Positions 34,331 to 36,395 of a DNA stretch of 36,395 nt are shown piece after piece. How positions within the stretch are numbered: the first letter of the stretch is position 1; every line of letters begins with the position of its first letter. This DNA is from an uncultured Acidobacteriota bacterium (GTDB taxonomy: Bacteria; Acidobacteriota; Polarisedimenticolia; Polarisedimenticolales; JAIQFR01), in assembly GCA_964590285.1 (NCBI GenBank), contig CAZPWK010000002.1, positions 1 through 36,395 of the forward strand. Reading direction: 5' to 3'. Under the pieces are notes generated by a model. The model was not told the DNA's origin and did no database searches. It saw only the letters and a list, made by a program, of their open reading frames with translations. The position numbers and the translations under genes were made by a program.

Positions 34331-36213
34331 GGCCGCCGGGCGCCCGCCGGCCGAATCGCCTTTCCGGGGAGACGAGCCCGTACCTGCTGCAGCACGCCGG
34401 AAATCCGGTGGACTGGCACCCCTGGGGCGCCGAGGCGTTCGAGAAGGCGCGGCGGGAGGACCGGCCGATCTTCCTGTCGATCGGCTACTCCGCCTGCCAC
34501 TGGTGCCACGTCATGGAGCGGGAATCCTTCGAGGACGAGCGCGTGGCGGCGTTCCTCGGCGCGCACTTCGTGGCGATCAAGGTGGACCGGGAGGAGCGCC
34601 CCGACGTCGACGAGATCTACATGACCGCCGTGCAGGCGATGACCGGCTCGGGCGGATGGCCGCTCCACGCGTTCCTCACGCCGGACCTCGAGCCGTTCTT
34701 CGGCGGGACCTACTTCCCCCCGGAGGACCTGCCCGGGCGCCCGTCGCTCCTGACGGTGCTCGAGGGGGTCCGCCGGGCGTGGACCGGGCGGCGCCGGGAG
34801 GTGGACGAGTCGGCGTCGAGGCTCGCGGCGCACGTCCGCGAGCTCTGCGCCGGGAGCGCCGGGGAGAAGGGCGGCCCCGCGGTCGGCCGCCGCGAGATCG
34901 CCCGGGCGGCGGCCGACCTGACCGCTCGATTCGATGCCGAGTGGGGAGGGTTCGGCGGCGCGCCCAAGTTCCCGCCGCACGGCGCCCTCGGGCTCCTGCT
35001 CCGCGTGCACGCCCGATCCGGCGATCCCGCCCCTCTCCGGATCGTCGAGACGACGCTCGACCGGATGGCGCTCGGGGGAATGTACGACCAGGTCGGAGGG
35101 GGGTTCGCTCGCTACTCCACCGACCGTTTCTGGCTCGTCCCGCACTTCGAGAAGATGCTGTACGACCAGGCGCTTCTGGTTCCCGCCTACCTCGACGCCT
35201 GGCTCGTCACGGGGAAGCCGCTGTACCGGAGGGTCGCCGAGGAGACGCTCGCGTTCGTCCGCCGCGAGATGACCGACCCCTGCGGCGGCTTCCGGTCCTC
35301 GCTCGACGCGGACAGCGAGGGCCGCGAGGGGAGCTTCTACCTCTTCGCGCCGGAGGAGGTCGAGGACGCCCTCGGCCCCGAGGACGGCGGGCTCTTCCGC
35401 CGGATCTACGGGATCGACGCTCGGGGCCACCTCGAGGGGAGGAGCGTCCCGAACCTCCTCGGCGGATCGCTCGCCGAGCGGGCGCGGGAAAGCGGCGTCT
35501 CCGAGGAGGAGCTGGTCGCGAGGCTCGCTCCCCTCAGGGCCCGGCTCCTCGCGGAGCGGGAGAAGCGGACGCGCCCGGCCGCCGACGACAAGGTGCTCGC
35601 CGCGTGGAACGGGCTGACGATCTCGGCGTTCGCGCGGGCGCACCGGGCGTTCGGGAACCCGGAGGACCTCGCCGCGGCCCGGCGCGCCGCGGACTTCGCG
35701 ACCGCGAACCTGATCGTGAACGGGCGCCTCCGGGCGTCCTGGCGCGCGGGGCGCGCCCGGCTCGAAGCCTATCTCGACGACCACGCCTTCCTCGCGCGGG
35801 GGCTCCTCGACCTGTACGAGACCGGGCTCGAGAGGCACGACCTCGAGGAGTCCTCGCGGCTCGCGCGGGCGACGATCTCCCGGTTCGAGGACCCCGAGCG
35901 CGGAGGATTCTTCTTCACCTCGCACGACCACGAAACGCCGATCGCGCGGCCCCGGAGCCTCCGCGATTCCGCCCTGCCCTCGGGAGCCGGGGTCGCGGCC
36001 GAGACGCTGCTCAGGCTCGCGTCGCATCTCGACGACCGGACCTTCCGGGAGGCGGCGATCCGCGCCCTCGGCGCCTGCCGCCCCGCCCTCGAGCGGGCGC
36101 CCTCGGCCTTCGCCTCGCACCTCGCGGCCGCGGACCTCGCCGAGGGGCCCGCGCCCGAGATCGCCACCGCCGGGGATCCGGAGAGCGGGGAGGCGCGCCG
36201 GGATGCGTGCTAG
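34327..36213 (+). CDS. thioredoxin-domain protein of the YyaL/SPATA20 (DUF255) family with a C-terminal (alpha/alpha)6-barrel domain, 628 aa
   Basis: ATG 34327 overlaps the upstream stop (ATGA). [61 protein letters not shown]...[12 protein letters not shown] is the DUF255 signature. Confidence 0.9.
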   Translation: MRPPGARRPNRLSGETSPYLLQHAGNPVDWHPWGAEAFEKARREDRPIFLSIGYSACHWCHVMERESFEDERVAAFLGAHFVAIKVDREERPDVDEIYMTAVQAMTGSGGWPLHAFLTPDLEPFFGGTYFPPEDLPGRPSLLTVLEGVRRAWTGRRREVDESASRLAAHVRELCAGSAGEKGGPAVGRREIARAAADLTARFDAEWGGFGGAPKFPPHGALGLLLRVHARSGDPAPLRIVETTLDRMALGGMYDQVGGGFARYSTDRFWLVPHFEKMLYDQALLVPAYLDAWLVTGKPLYRRVAEETLAFVRREMTDPCGGFRSSLDADSEGREGSFYLFAPEEVEDALGPEDGGLFRRIYGIDARGHLEGRSVPNLLGGSLAERARESGVSEEELVARLAPLRARLLAEREKRTRPAADDKVLAAWNGLTISAFARAHRAFGNPEDLAAARRAADFATANLIVNGRLRASWRAGRARLEAYLDDHAFLARGLLDLYETGLERHDLEESSRLARATISRFEDPERGGFFFTSHDHETPIARPRSLRDSALPSGAGVAAETLLRLASHLDDRTFREAAIRALGACRPALERAPSAFASHLAAADLAEGPAPEIATAGDPESGEARRDAC

Positions 36214-36219
36214 CATCCC
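36200..36219 (+). terminator. short hairpin overlapping the yyaL-like stop codon; weak
   Basis: GGGATGC (36200-36206) pairs with GCATCCC (36213-36219) across a 6-nt loop, followed by CTCCCGTTTCC. The next gene starts only 21 nt later, so it may be irrelevant. Confidence 0.2.
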
Positions 36220-36239
36220 CTCCCGTTTCCGGAGAGGGC

Positions 36240-36395
36240 ATGGAAGTCTTCGGCGGCCACGGTCTCGCGCCCTGGATCGCGTTCAACGCGCTCGTGCTGG
36301 TGCTCCTCGCGTTCGATCTCGGGGTCGTCAACCGCAAGGCCCACGCGATCGGGTTCCGGGAGGCGCTCTTCTGGAACGTCGTCTGGACGGCTCTC
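36240..36395 (+). CDS. TerC/Alx family integral membrane protein, N-terminal 52 aa only; continues beyond the window
   Basis: ATG 36240 is preceded by GGAGAGGG. MEVFGGHGLAPWIAFNALVLVLLAFDLGVVNRKAHAIGFREALFWNVVWTAL matches the TerC-family N-terminus (LDLG...R.aH......eA..wS..W). Confidence 0.75.
   Translation, partial: MEVFGGHGLAPWIAFNALVLVLLAFDLGVVNRKAHAIGFREALFWNVVWTAL

Noticed and set aside
36214-36239. yybP-ykoY (Mn2+) riboswitch, commonly found upstream of TerC/Alx genes
   Set aside because: The gap between the yyaL-like stop and the TerC start is only 26 nt, far too short for that aptamer. No matching conserved blocks were seen in the 3' end of the upstream gene.
1-36395. CRISPR arrays, tandem repeats, IS elements, toxin-antitoxin pairs or known defence-system genes
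   Set aside because: Reading both strands I found no regularly spaced direct repeats, no transposase, integrase, reverse-transcriptase or nuclease-helicase signatures, and no small paired ORFs typical of TA modules. Without a repeat-finding program, short or degenerate repeats could have been missed.

Overview
This is a very GC-rich (about 70% or more by eye), gene-dense chromosomal segment from a diderm bacterium. The diderm call rests on a TonB-dependent receptor, a periplasmic Cu/Zn SOD and many Sec signal peptides. GGAGG-type ribosome binding sites are common. The lineage cannot be fixed from sequence alone; an uncultured Acidobacteriota-like organism is only a guess. I support about 33 protein-coding genes, one tRNA-Cys(GCA), one clear TPP riboswitch, a few sigma70-like promoters and several GC-rich hairpins between convergent genes. 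Real reading frames were chosen by third-position GC bias, balanced amino-acid composition, recognisable family motifs, RBS placement and start/stop overlaps. Many very long ORFs in the supplied track are Arg/Pro/Gly-rich shadow frames and were discarded. I saw no transposase, integrase, phage gene, CRISPR array or long repeat, so this looks like core or accessory chromosome rather than a mobile island. Main leads, in order: (1) a full-length Topo VI-A/Spo11-type gene with no B subunit nearby, followed by a cytoplasmic stand-alone lamin-tail-domain protein and divergent from an MBL hydrolase; (2) a TPP riboswitch controlling a TonB-dependent receptor overlapping an SSS-family permease; (3) a secreted protein with a Cys-rich C-terminus carrying a PLA2-like C-x-x-H-D-x-C core, followed by a small membrane-protein ORF; (4) an internally duplicated, His-conserving secreted helical protein start/stop-overlapped with a POT transporter, just downstream of a urocanase/SodC overlapping pair; (5) two periplasmic M16 peptidases fused into one transcription unit with a MacB-like ABC transporter and an AttH/CrtC-like lipocalin; (6) a protein gene with a degenerate P-loop starting 17 nt after tRNA-Cys with no room for its own promoter. 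All functional calls are motif-level recognition without database searches.
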